Source: Flavobacteriales bacterium
GTDB taxonomy: Bacteria > Bacteroidota > Bacteroidia > Flavobacteriales_D > Sanyastnellaceae
DNA: 64,000 nucleotides
Reading direction: 5' to 3'
Assembly: GCA_049610985.1 (NCBI GenBank)
Contig: JBMZAB010000005.1
Location: 12,587-76,586, forward strand
Shown here: piece by piece, positions 9,982 to 18,130 of the stretch
Layout of the letters: every line of letters begins with the position of its first letter
Position numbering within the stretch: the stretch's first letter is position 1
Translations under genes and position numbers: made by a program
Notes under the pieces: model-generated
The model's database searches: none
What the model was told of the DNA's origin: nothing
What the model saw: the letters and a program-made list of their open reading frames with translations, nothing else

Positions 9982-10014
9982 AAATAAGAACGGGCCGCCC
10001 GAAGGCGACCCGTT
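9976..10014 (-). terminator. rho-independent terminator of the 10044-11216 gene
   Basis: Minus-strand transcript AACGGGUCGCC-UUCG-GGCGGCCCGUU forms an 11-bp stem (one G.U) with a UUCG tetraloop, followed by CUUAUUUUUG. It starts 29 nt after the stop codon. Confidence 0.6.
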
Positions 10015-10082
10015 GACGTCCTAGGGTTTGTTGGGCAGAGCTGTCAACATGGTTGGCCAAAAGCCGCCAAGAATTGCAACAA
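9989..10082. repeat. 94-nt perfect direct repeat, copy A (last 12 codons + stop + hairpin of the 10044-11216 gene)
   Basis: Hand alignment gives 9989-10082 identical to 26951-27044, with a constant offset of 16,962 nt. Confidence 0.9.
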
Positions 10083-11216
10083 GTCTCCGGTCGACACCGA
10101 CCCATCCCCGTCCAAATCTGCAGGGCACAGGTCTTCTGCGGCCTCTGCAATGCATTGGTTCAATTCCGCATTCCATGTGGTCCCGGCACCGCAATACAAC
10201 GAAGGGTCCACGACTTCTTCGTCTGCGTCACAAATTCCATTGTCGTTGTCGTCCGATTGGCAGCTTCCTCCACAAATGCCCAAAGCATCTGCTTGGTTGC
10301 CTTCGCAATCGCAATCTCCTTCAGGAATGTCGCTGCATCCGCATTCGTACACCTCTCCCGGACCGTTGCAGATGCCGCACGCATCCAAGGCACCCACACA
10401 CGGATCCACATCGTCACAAATGCCATCCCCATCTGCATCCTCGCAACCGTCTTCTTCACATGAAATGGCTCCGCCATTGACCGACAACTCGGTGAATTCA
10501 ATCAACCCACTGGAAAATTGAAATTTGACCGACCGAGCGAAGGAGACGGCGCTGACAGTCACGTCGTTGAGTCCCAAAGACAGCGGCATCGCATTGCCAT
10601 TGTTCCAATTCCCGTTGGCCACGGTCTTCACCACACGGTAGTTCGCCCCTTCAGCGGGCAAAGCTGTAACAAAAATGCTCATGGATTGGGCGTCGGCGCT
10701 GTTTGGATCGTCAGGCGTGGTGGCAGTCACCACGTGTGGCCATGTGGCATTGGGCCCTGCATCCACCCCCGCGCAAGTCTCCATCGCGACACCATCCAAA
10801 TCGTTGGCACAAGACAGGGCGTCTCCATTGAGCGAAAGCTCAGTAAACTCCACCAGGCCGCTGTCGAATTGAAATTTGACAGACCGGGCGAAAGACACCG
10901 CACTGACCGTCACAGAGTTGACACCCAACACCAAGGGCACGGCGTTGCCATTGTTCCAGTTCCCATTGGCCACCGTCTTGACCACGCGGTAGTTCGCCCC
11001 TTCTGCGGGGAGAGAGGTGATAAAAATTTCCAGGCTTTGGGCACCGGAACTGTTCGGGTCGTCAGGTGTGGTGGCCGTCAGCACATGCGACCATGTGGAA
11101 TTGGGGCCTTCGTCGAACAAATCACACGATTCAATTGCGTTTTGGCCCCAGGCAAAAGAAGAAGCGAGGAGCAAAAAGAGCGCGAGGGTTGGAGAGGGGA
11201 TTTTCATGACACTCAA
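10044..11216 (-). CDS. secreted protein: two tandem about 106-aa unknown domains + Cys-rich TSP3-like region + dockerin-like C-terminal tail
   Basis: Signal peptide MSVMKIPSPTLALFLLLASSFAWGQ. Duplicated module ...GPN(S/A)TW.HV.TATTPDDPNS...ANYRVVKTVANGNWNNGNA...FARSVKFQF.SGL.EFTELS.NG. Also [14 protein letters not shown] and [21 protein letters not shown]. The tail is CPADLDGDGSVSTGDLLQFLAAFGQPC. Confidence 0.8.
   Translation of the reverse strand: MSVMKIPSPTLALFLLLASSFAWGQNAIESCDLFDEGPNSTWSHVLTATTPDDPNSSGAQSLEIFITSLPAEGANYRVVKTVANGNWNNGNAVPLVLGVNSVTVSAVSFARSVKFQFDSGLVEFTELSLNGDALSCANDLDGVAMETCAGVDAGPNATWPHVVTATTPDDPNSADAQSMSIFVTALPAEGANYRVVKTVANGNWNNGNAMPLSLGLNDVTVSAVSFARSVKFQFSSGLIEFTELSVNGGAISCEEDGCEDADGDGICDDVDPCVGALDACGICNGPGEVYECGCSDIPEGDCDCEGNQADALGICGGSCQSDDNDNGICDADEEVVDPSLYCGAGTTWNAELNQCIAEAAEDLCPADLDGDGSVSTGDLLQFLAAFGQPC
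10458..11126 (-). repeat. in-frame tandem domain duplication (period 351 nt / 117 aa)
   Basis: Residues 31-136 and 148-253 of the 390-aa protein align without gaps. Nucleotide identity is roughly 80% by eye. Confidence 0.85.
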
Positions 11217-11266
11217 ATGAAGGATTCGGAGAATAACTTACACAAAACCAAGCAAAAAACCAAGCG

Positions 11267-12889
11267 TCATTTCATGCCCTCTTTTCTCTCTAAGGCTTTG
11301 CGAGGCTCGCTGTACACCCTCTGGATGACCGTGTCTGTCATCAACTTCATGTCCTCAAGGGATTGATCGTCGCCAAACTCCACCTGCAACGCCTTCAGCT
11401 CCGACTTCAACCTCTGCACGAGTGTATCCGGTGCACTGGCATACATGTTGTTCAATTCATACGGATCGTCGTCAAGGTTGTACAATTCCCATTCGTCCAT
11501 GGAGTAGTAAAAGTGCATCAACTTGTAGGGACCCGATTTGATGCCGTAATGCGGTTGCACCTTGTGCCAAATGGGGTATTCGTAGTAATGGTAATAGACC
11601 GCCGTCCGCCCAGGCTCATCATCGTTGTCAAAAGCCGATTTGAAACTTTTCCCCTGCATGGTTGAAGGCACTTCCAACCCCGCCATGTCCAACAGCGTGG
11701 GACCGAAATCGATGTTCATGGCCATGTGGTCAGACACGGTTCCAGGTTCAATCACCCCGGGGCACTGAACCACGAATGGCATTTTGAACGACTCTTCGTA
11801 CATCCATCGTTTGTCGAACCAGCCATGCTCGCCCAGGTAGAAGCCTTGGTCTGAAGTGTACACCACAAGGGTGTTCTCATCGAGGCCAGTTTCTTCCAAA
11901 TGGTCCAACACGCGTCCCACGGCGCGGTCCACACCCGCCACGCAACGCAGATAGTCTTTGATGTACGTCTGGTATTTCCAATGTTTCAAATCCTCTCCCT
12001 GCAATGAATCGTGGGGCGTCCAGAATTGTCCCTTGTCTCCGTAAGCGAGCCAGCGCATGGAATCACGGCGTGTCAACCCAGGCGGCGGCACTTGCTTCAT
12101 GTCCCTGCGGTTCAGGTGCTCCCCAATTTCCATCATGTTTTCCGCTGCCGCAGGGCGTCCTGCATAGTCGTCGTTGAACGACAATGGCGTGGGGAAATCA
12201 AAATCCGCAAACAACTCGTGGTACATCGAATCCGGGCGCCAATCCCTGTGCGGGGCTTTGAACTGGTAAAGCAACATGAATGGCTTGTTGGGATCGCGTT
12301 GCTCTGTCAACCACGCGATGCAATCGTCTTCAATGACCTGTGTGGAGTGCCTGGTGGTTTCCACCAACGTGTCCACCCCATTCACACAAAATTGTGGGTT
12401 GAAGTAAGTGCCTTGACCTCCCCAATTGATGAGCACCTTGGAGTGGTCAAAGCCCTCGGGCGTCGTACCCAAGTGCCACTTGCCGATGACAGCGGTTTCG
12501 TAACCGTTTTGTTGGAACACCTTCGGAAAGGTGAGCAAGTCCCCGTTGAAATCACCTCCATCCACATTTTTGTAGAAGCCATTCACGTGGCTGAATTGAC
12601 CCGTCAGAATCGACGATCGGCTGGGTCCGCAAATGCTGTTGGTGCAGTACACCTGGTCCATTCTTGCCCCGTTCTTGGCAATCCTGTCGATGTTGGGGGT
12701 CGGGGCAAGTTTTGAAATTTCAGAACCGTAGGCACTGATGGCTTGGTAGGCATGGTCGTCCGCCATGATGTAAATGACGTTGAGCGGCTTGTCTTTGTCA
12801 CCGCGTTGAGTAGTGGATTGGCAGGAAAGCATGCTCACGGCCAGCAAACACATCGCGAGGGTTGCGAGGGGGGGCTGAATTCTTGTCAT
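11267..12889 (-). CDS. sulfatase (Cys-type; N-acetylglucosamine-6-sulfatase/arylsulfatase-like, with DUF4976-like C-terminus)
   Basis: NVIYIMADDH..., sulfatase signature C-x-P-x-R in SICGPSRSSILTG, and a C-terminal LYNLDDDPYELNN. The ATG at 12889 gives the lipoprotein-like signal MTRIQPPLATLAMCLLAVSMLSC. The track extension to 13126 would overlap the upstream gene. Confidence 0.9.
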   Translation of the reverse strand: MTRIQPPLATLAMCLLAVSMLSCQSTTQRGDKDKPLNVIYIMADDHAYQAISAYGSEISKLAPTPNIDRIAKNGARMDQVYCTNSICGPSRSSILTGQFSHVNGFYKNVDGGDFNGDLLTFPKVFQQNGYETAVIGKWHLGTTPEGFDHSKVLINWGGQGTYFNPQFCVNGVDTLVETTRHSTQVIEDDCIAWLTEQRDPNKPFMLLYQFKAPHRDWRPDSMYHELFADFDFPTPLSFNDDYAGRPAAAENMMEIGEHLNRRDMKQVPPPGLTRRDSMRWLAYGDKGQFWTPHDSLQGEDLKHWKYQTYIKDYLRCVAGVDRAVGRVLDHLEETGLDENTLVVYTSDQGFYLGEHGWFDKRWMYEESFKMPFVVQCPGVIEPGTVSDHMAMNIDFGPTLLDMAGLEVPSTMQGKSFKSAFDNDDEPGRTAVYYHYYEYPIWHKVQPHYGIKSGPYKLMHFYYSMDEWELYNLDDDPYELNNMYASAPDTLVQRLKSELKALQVEFGDDQSLEDMKLMTDTVIQRVYSEPRKALERKEGMK

Positions 12890-12903
12890 GGAAAGAGAAT
12901 TTG

Positions 12904-14190
12904 TCAATTTTTTCGGGCAGACACGAGGAAGGGCAAATTGGCGGAAGAACATTGGTCCGTGGTGTTGCATGCCCTCACAAAAACACGGTAGGCCTCTGGC
13001 TGTTGAGGGGCGGTGAACTCGACGACTGAGCCTCGGGACACCTCGAAAGAGGCCGGGACTTCCTTCAGACTCGCTTGGCGGTCTCCGCCTGTTTTGGTCG
13101 AGGTCGACTCTGGGAACAAGGCGCACGTCCAGCGCACCTCGGCCCCGTGGCCCTCAACCTCCACCTCCAATTGCAGGAGCTCTCCAGGCTGAACCACATG
13201 GTCCTTCCGCCACCCCTGGCCTTTCAATTTCAGGTCCACAATGCCGGGCGACCGGGTCGCGGGCCATTCTCCTGTCCAGGCGCGGTGCATGGCATCCACA
13301 CCGTCGGTCGGCCGGCCATCGCTCAAAAAGAGTCCATGCCAGGTTGCTGTGGACTCTTGTTTTTGGCCCCACAAAAAACAATAGCTCCCCAAGCAACGTG
13401 CGCTGTCTGAGGCAATGATTTCTTCAAACCGCCTCAAACGGGTGGCTGCTTTGACCCCGCCAGGGGGCTCTTTCTTCGCACCCCATGCTGTCTTGGGTGC
13501 TTCAAATGGGCCGTTGACCCCCCACTCCGTGACGAGGTAGGGCTTGTCCCATCCAAATCGCCGAATGTTCAAGGGCAACTTTTCGATGCTCCCGTAAGCG
13601 TTGACCCCAAGCACATCCACACTGGGGCACTGGGTTCGGACCATGTAGATTTTGGCCGGATCGATGCCGGCGAGCACCGTGGAAGTGGGATGATCGGGAT
13701 CCACCTGGTGAATAAATTCGGCCAAGGCCTCCACGGAATCCCAAACCCGGGTGTTGGTGTATTGTAAGTCCACTTCATTTCCGATTCCCCAAAGGAGCAG
13801 CGCCGGGTGGTCCTTGTATTTCAGAACTTCTTGCTTGAGCTCGGCCAATTGACCTTCCACAGCGTGCACGTCGTTGTAATCCATGCCCGTGCGCTCAGGC
13901 CTTAAATACAAACCCAGCATGACCGACATCCCGCGGGCATGCGCAGAATCCAACAAGGCCGATTTGTTCGTGCTCCAAAGCCGGATGGAATTGGCTCCCG
14001 ACGATTGAAGCAACTCGAAGTTGGCTTTGGCTCCGGCGCCCAGTACAGGGTGGGTTTCGCCGTGACGCAACAAGGTCCATCCGGAGGAATCTTTCGAAAT
14101 CGTCACTTCAGGAACCTGCGCCCTTCCCACCGTCGAGGCGGTAAAGCACCACCACGCCAAAATCACGTATGCCGTCTTCTTCTGCCTCAT
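12904..14190 (-). CDS. clan GH-A glycoside hydrolase (TIM barrel + C-terminal beta-sandwich; GH2/GH158-like)
   Basis: Signal MRQKKTAYVILAWWCFTASTVGRAQ. Acid/base context LLLWGIGNEVD and nucleophile context PYLVTEWG. The start at 14190 forms an ATGA overlap with the upstream stop; an alternative start is at 14211. Confidence 0.75.
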   Translation of the reverse strand: MRQKKTAYVILAWWCFTASTVGRAQVPEVTISKDSSGWTLLRHGETHPVLGAGAKANFELLQSSGANSIRLWSTNKSALLDSAHARGMSVMLGLYLRPERTGMDYNDVHAVEGQLAELKQEVLKYKDHPALLLWGIGNEVDLQYTNTRVWDSVEALAEFIHQVDPDHPTSTVLAGIDPAKIYMVRTQCPSVDVLGVNAYGSIEKLPLNIRRFGWDKPYLVTEWGVNGPFEAPKTAWGAKKEPPGGVKAATRLRRFEEIIASDSARCLGSYCFLWGQKQESTATWHGLFLSDGRPTDGVDAMHRAWTGEWPATRSPGIVDLKLKGQGWRKDHVVQPGELLQLEVEVEGHGAEVRWTCALFPESTSTKTGGDRQASLKEVPASFEVSRGSVVEFTAPQQPEAYRVFVRACNTTDQCSSANLPFLVSARKN

Positions 14191-15380
14191 GGTTGTCGAC
14201 GTTGAAGCCAACGTTCCACCTTGTCCGGATGACCGCGATACGCTTCCCAGGCGAAGTCGTGAAGGGTGATGTCGGTGTCATCAGGCAGGATCACACGCAC
14301 CTCCCTGGTGCCCGCCCAATTGAATTCGTCATGCCGAGGCATGCTTTTGATGGGAAGCGCACAGGACCAAATGCCCTCCTCCAATTGCACACAATGTTGG
14401 GGGGTGAGCGTCGATTGAATCTGCCGCGGCTTGCCTGTGCCCGACCAGATGGACATGCCAAGAGGCACCCATCCCCCCTCCAAGCGAAATGTCAAAGCTG
14501 AGTGGGAATGCACCTCCGTCATGTCCAACATTTCCCATCCGTTCAGTGCCACGCCGAAGGCATTCCATTCCTTGTTCGTTCCGCCTTTGTCGTGCTTCAA
14601 CACCAAAAAGGAATTTCCTCGAGATTCCGACCAAAAGACCGAGGAGGACGACGCATTTTCTTGAATGCCCCACCACAATTTGGAACGGCCCAAGTCCAGC
14701 GGAAGAGCCCCGCACACGTCTTGAGACCTGGAGGACAGCTTCTCCCCTTGATGCTCGAATGGCACAATTCGAAGGCCGTCAAGATGTACGCACCCTTCGC
14801 GCTGAAACTCGATGCGCAGCTCTTTGATGTTTTCCAAATTCACCCCCCTCGATGCCGCACGAAACGCGGACAATGGAATGTGCGCCTTTCTCCATTGGTC
14901 GTCGAAGGTTTGCCCCTCCACGTCGAGCAAATTGATCTTGGAAGTGGCTTGTCGGCCTGCGTAATCGATCAAGGCGAAAAACATCGGGATTTTGGAAGCC
15001 GTGCCCCGTTCAAGTTTGATGTGACATTGAATGGCTGCAATCTTCTCCAAGGGCTTCAAGTTTTTGCCCATGTAATTGGCCCATGGGAACCCCACCCCCA
15101 GGTACCGACAGCTGTCCGTTTGAGACCACTCCACCCGCACGTGATCGGCCCCTTCTGCAGACCCTTCTCGGACGACATCCACCCGTTTGCAAGGATGGGA
15201 TTTGTGGCCAAACATGAGGGAGTTGGCTTCGTCCAAATAAATGTCCCTGTGGACGTAGTTTAACACCCGCTCTTCCGCCGTCGGACGCAAGTCCAAGTCG
15301 TACAATGGCATGTCTTGCATGGTGCCACATCCCAGCAGCAATCCGGCAACCAACCCCAAAGTCAACCGCATTCGCATCAT
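14187..15380 (-). CDS. lipoprotein with two CBM-like beta-sandwich regions (putative surface glycan-binding protein)
   Basis: Lipobox MMRMRLTLGLVAGLLLGC. Two segments resemble non-catalytic carbohydrate-binding modules (e.g. ...NIKELRIEFQREGCVHLDGLRIVPF). This rests on compositional and pattern inference only. Confidence 0.65.
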   Translation of the reverse strand: MMRMRLTLGLVAGLLLGCGTMQDMPLYDLDLRPTAEERVLNYVHRDIYLDEANSLMFGHKSHPCKRVDVVREGSAEGADHVRVEWSQTDSCRYLGVGFPWANYMGKNLKPLEKIAAIQCHIKLERGTASKIPMFFALIDYAGRQATSKINLLDVEGQTFDDQWRKAHIPLSAFRAASRGVNLENIKELRIEFQREGCVHLDGLRIVPFEHQGEKLSSRSQDVCGALPLDLGRSKLWWGIQENASSSSVFWSESRGNSFLVLKHDKGGTNKEWNAFGVALNGWEMLDMTEVHSHSALTFRLEGGWVPLGMSIWSGTGKPRQIQSTLTPQHCVQLEEGIWSCALPIKSMPRHDEFNWAGTREVRVILPDDTDITLHDFAWEAYRGHPDKVERWLQRRQP

Positions 15381-16411
15381 TCTTGCTCCAAAAGTGGGGC
15401 ACCTTCCGTGAACATGACGTAGTCCAAGTCGGCACGGGCTTCAATGTCTCCGTTCTCAGGACAATTTCCGCTGTTGAAGGGACAAGCCTGCAGTCCGAGA
15501 CGGATGCCTCGGATTTGGCTCGGTTCACGAACGTTGTTGCCCCCTTCACTTTTCACCTCGAACTCCGAATACGACACGGACACATACCGCCAACCCTCCC
15601 AATCCACCGGCCGAACTTGATGCTTGTACACTTCCATGCCCGTTGCAAAAATGTCCGCAGCATTGTTGGAGGTGTTGTCGTTGAATGGGGCGTCAGACTC
15701 AGAAAGCAAGATGTTGACGTATTGATCGGACGCAAATTCCCCGTTCAGCCCGCCAAGCACACCCAGATTCAGGAAGAACCCTTCGGCATCGGTCGTCACG
15801 GAGGTCAAATCAAGCGGAATGTCGATGTATCCGAGGCTCCAGTCCCAATTCACCCGTCCCCCCATTTTAAAGTACTGTCCCCCTTGGAGCGCTTCATCTT
15901 GGGCGAGGTCGAACGTCATGTTTCCACCGTCTTGGTGCCACACCAACGCCCCATTTGGCAATCCGTCGTCAAAATCCGCCACAGGCAACCCTTCGTACAC
16001 CTTTTCGCCTTGAATCACCAAGTCTTGCTGGAACACCTCAGGCTCCCCTTCCACTGTCAACTCAACCTCGCAGGATTCGACCAAGAAAAAGGGAACGTCA
16101 TCGCAGTTGCCGTGCCACACCACCTGTTCAGGCAGGAGTTCCCTTGAAAATCCAGACAAGGTTTTCACACTCCCTGATTCCGTCCCCACAACGCGGACTG
16201 TCCATTCGACGGGCTTGGAGAATTCGCACGCAAATCCAACAACGTCGCCCACCGAAAAGTCTGGGGTGTGGGTTGTCAGACTCAGTGAGTCCAGCACCTC
16301 AAACTGGCCAAACAGCTCGTCAAGGGATGGCCCCTCAGAATCCGGCCTGTCACACCCGATTGCCAAGAGACACATCAAGACTGAAGCCCACCACATTCTT
16401 GTCTTTCTCAT
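15377..16411 (-). CDS. lipoprotein, Ig-like + CBM-like region (putative surface glycan-binding protein)
   Basis: Lipobox MRKTRMWWASVLMCLLAIGC. 344 aa. ATGA overlaps with both neighbouring genes. Confidence 0.65.
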   Translation of the reverse strand: MRKTRMWWASVLMCLLAIGCDRPDSEGPSLDELFGQFEVLDSLSLTTHTPDFSVGDVVGFACEFSKPVEWTVRVVGTESGSVKTLSGFSRELLPEQVVWHGNCDDVPFFLVESCEVELTVEGEPEVFQQDLVIQGEKVYEGLPVADFDDGLPNGALVWHQDGGNMTFDLAQDEALQGGQYFKMGGRVNWDWSLGYIDIPLDLTSVTTDAEGFFLNLGVLGGLNGEFASDQYVNILLSESDAPFNDNTSNNAADIFATGMEVYKHQVRPVDWEGWRYVSVSYSEFEVKSEGGNNVREPSQIRGIRLGLQACPFNSGNCPENGDIEARADLDYVMFTEGAPLLEQE

Positions 16412-18129
16412 AGTCTTGCAGATATCACGATGAACACTTGATTTGCCCTCACCTCATCCCCCTCTCCTGTCTTTCCTTGTCCCCAGGCGTTCCATTGGAC
16501 ACAGGCAGAGATGTCCTTGGCCAGGATGTGCTTGATTCCCAAGGACGCCATCCAAGCTTGGGTGTCCAACTCCACCCGTTCAAAGTTGTACAAGGTTCCA
16601 AAACCGTCTCGAAGCGCCAAGTATTCGTGGCCCTGCCCTACCGCATGACGCCCTGACCCCTCCAACCATGTGCCAGGCCACACTTCAAATCCGGCCGACA
16701 TCGTCAGGTTGGACGTCAGCAATTCAATGGCCTCCAACGCACTTCCTCCACGTTGGGTTTGTTGAAGCCTTTCAAACACAGACACTCGCCAAGGGTGAGA
16801 CGTCGTGGTGGACGTCCATTCTGCCCCCAACCCCAACGCCTTGAATGTTCGGAGTTGCGTTGTGCCTTGACCGGTCAACTCCGAGTGCATCCCCAGATCC
16901 AACTTCATGGCCAATGCATTCTGCTGTTTCTCCACCGCCAATTCGCCCCCACGTCGGTTGGGGGTCGCATGGCCAAAGGGCAAAATGTTGTCGAACAACG
17001 GGGCCACCGCCATCAACGTGGGGGACAAACTTTGGTTGGCACGAGTCACGTCTGTCAGAAGGTCAAAAAGCGATGCTGATCGAGTCGTCGACCCTGCATC
17101 CACGGTGGGAAATACAGCGGGCTCGGGGAGCTCCGCGAAGTTGTAACGCTTGGATTGCGACCCTGCACTTCTGAAAAAAGGATCCACTTCCCGGTATGAA
17201 GCATGCAGGGTCCAGGAAGAGTCTTGGCTTGTCACATCCAGATTCAAGCCGGCGAACCCACCGCGCACAGAAAAGGCCACGCTGTCCAAATCTGGCGCGT
17301 TCACATCGCGTATCCTCCAGCCCCTTCGTGAGGCTCCAGCTTCCGCGGTCCACCTCATGTGGAGTCCAGGTGTTGACCCTTTCTTGTGGATCAGACCGTG
17401 CACCACTGGGTTCAACACGTTGTGTTTTGCGGTGCCTGATTGGGGGAGGTCGGCCATCACCGAGTGGTGGAATTCGCCTGACCATCCGTCCTGTCCAGTG
17501 ACTGCGGATGTCACGCCGGCCAACACGCGATCAGGCACGTAAGATGTTTCAGAGAGCTGTCTTGACCCTCGCGGCCGTGTGGCGTAACCGTCCAACACGA
17601 GACGCTCCACCCAGCGATCTCCCAAGAACACGGCGTTGGCATGTGCACCTTGCAACCGCCAGCGGTTGTCCTCAAAAAAATTCTCGTAAGCCACCAGGTT
17701 CTTTTGGGCCTCAAACGCCTTGCCCCACGGATCGAAAACTTCTCCGTCGTCGGCATGCAACGTGAATCGGGACTGGTTCAAGTAGATGTCACCCACATTG
17801 AACCTCACCTTGCCACCCAACACCCCAGAAACGCGCAATTGCCTGACGTCGACTTGGGTGCCTTGACCGAAAAACCCTCCAAATTCATTCAGGACCCTGA
17901 CCTGGGCGAACACCTCCACGTTGGGGGTGGGATTGACGTGGGGGTTCAAATCAAGCAGATTCCATCCAGCCGTCACCGAAGGCTCAGGCTGGTTCACCAG
18001 GGTGTTCGAAGTGAACCAGGTTCTGGCGAACCCATCCAGCCAATACTGGGGCTCTCCACCCTCCTCACCCTGTCCCCAGGCCACATTCCCGAGGCACAAC
18101 AAGAGGATGGCAGACAATTGATGTTTCAT
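16408..18129 (-). CDS. predicted outer-membrane beta-barrel protein (unknown family)
   Basis: Sec signal MKHQLSAILLLCLGNVAWGQ. 573 aa of alternating amphipathic short strands rich in G/N/T/S/aromatics. Shares the motif ..QSR[LF]T[VL].. in register with the upstream barrel gene. Confidence 0.6.
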   Translation of the reverse strand: MKHQLSAILLLCLGNVAWGQGEEGGEPQYWLDGFARTWFTSNTLVNQPEPSVTAGWNLLDLNPHVNPTPNVEVFAQVRVLNEFGGFFGQGTQVDVRQLRVSGVLGGKVRFNVGDIYLNQSRFTLHADDGEVFDPWGKAFEAQKNLVAYENFFEDNRWRLQGAHANAVFLGDRWVERLVLDGYATRPRGSRQLSETSYVPDRVLAGVTSAVTGQDGWSGEFHHSVMADLPQSGTAKHNVLNPVVHGLIHKKGSTPGLHMRWTAEAGASRRGWRIRDVNAPDLDSVAFSVRGGFAGLNLDVTSQDSSWTLHASYREVDPFFRSAGSQSKRYNFAELPEPAVFPTVDAGSTTRSASLFDLLTDVTRANQSLSPTLMAVAPLFDNILPFGHATPNRRGGELAVEKQQNALAMKLDLGMHSELTGQGTTQLRTFKALGLGAEWTSTTTSHPWRVSVFERLQQTQRGGSALEAIELLTSNLTMSAGFEVWPGTWLEGSGRHAVGQGHEYLALRDGFGTLYNFERVELDTQAWMASLGIKHILAKDISACVQWNAWGQGKTGEGDEVRANQVFIVISARL

Positions 18130-18130
18130 G

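Noticed and set aside
11217-11266. Possible Bacteroidota promoter (TTTG/TAnnTTTG) between the last sulfatase and the 10044-11216 gene
   Set aside because: Only partial matches (TTTTGTGTAAG) with wrong spacing. I cannot tell an internal promoter from read-through using sequence alone.
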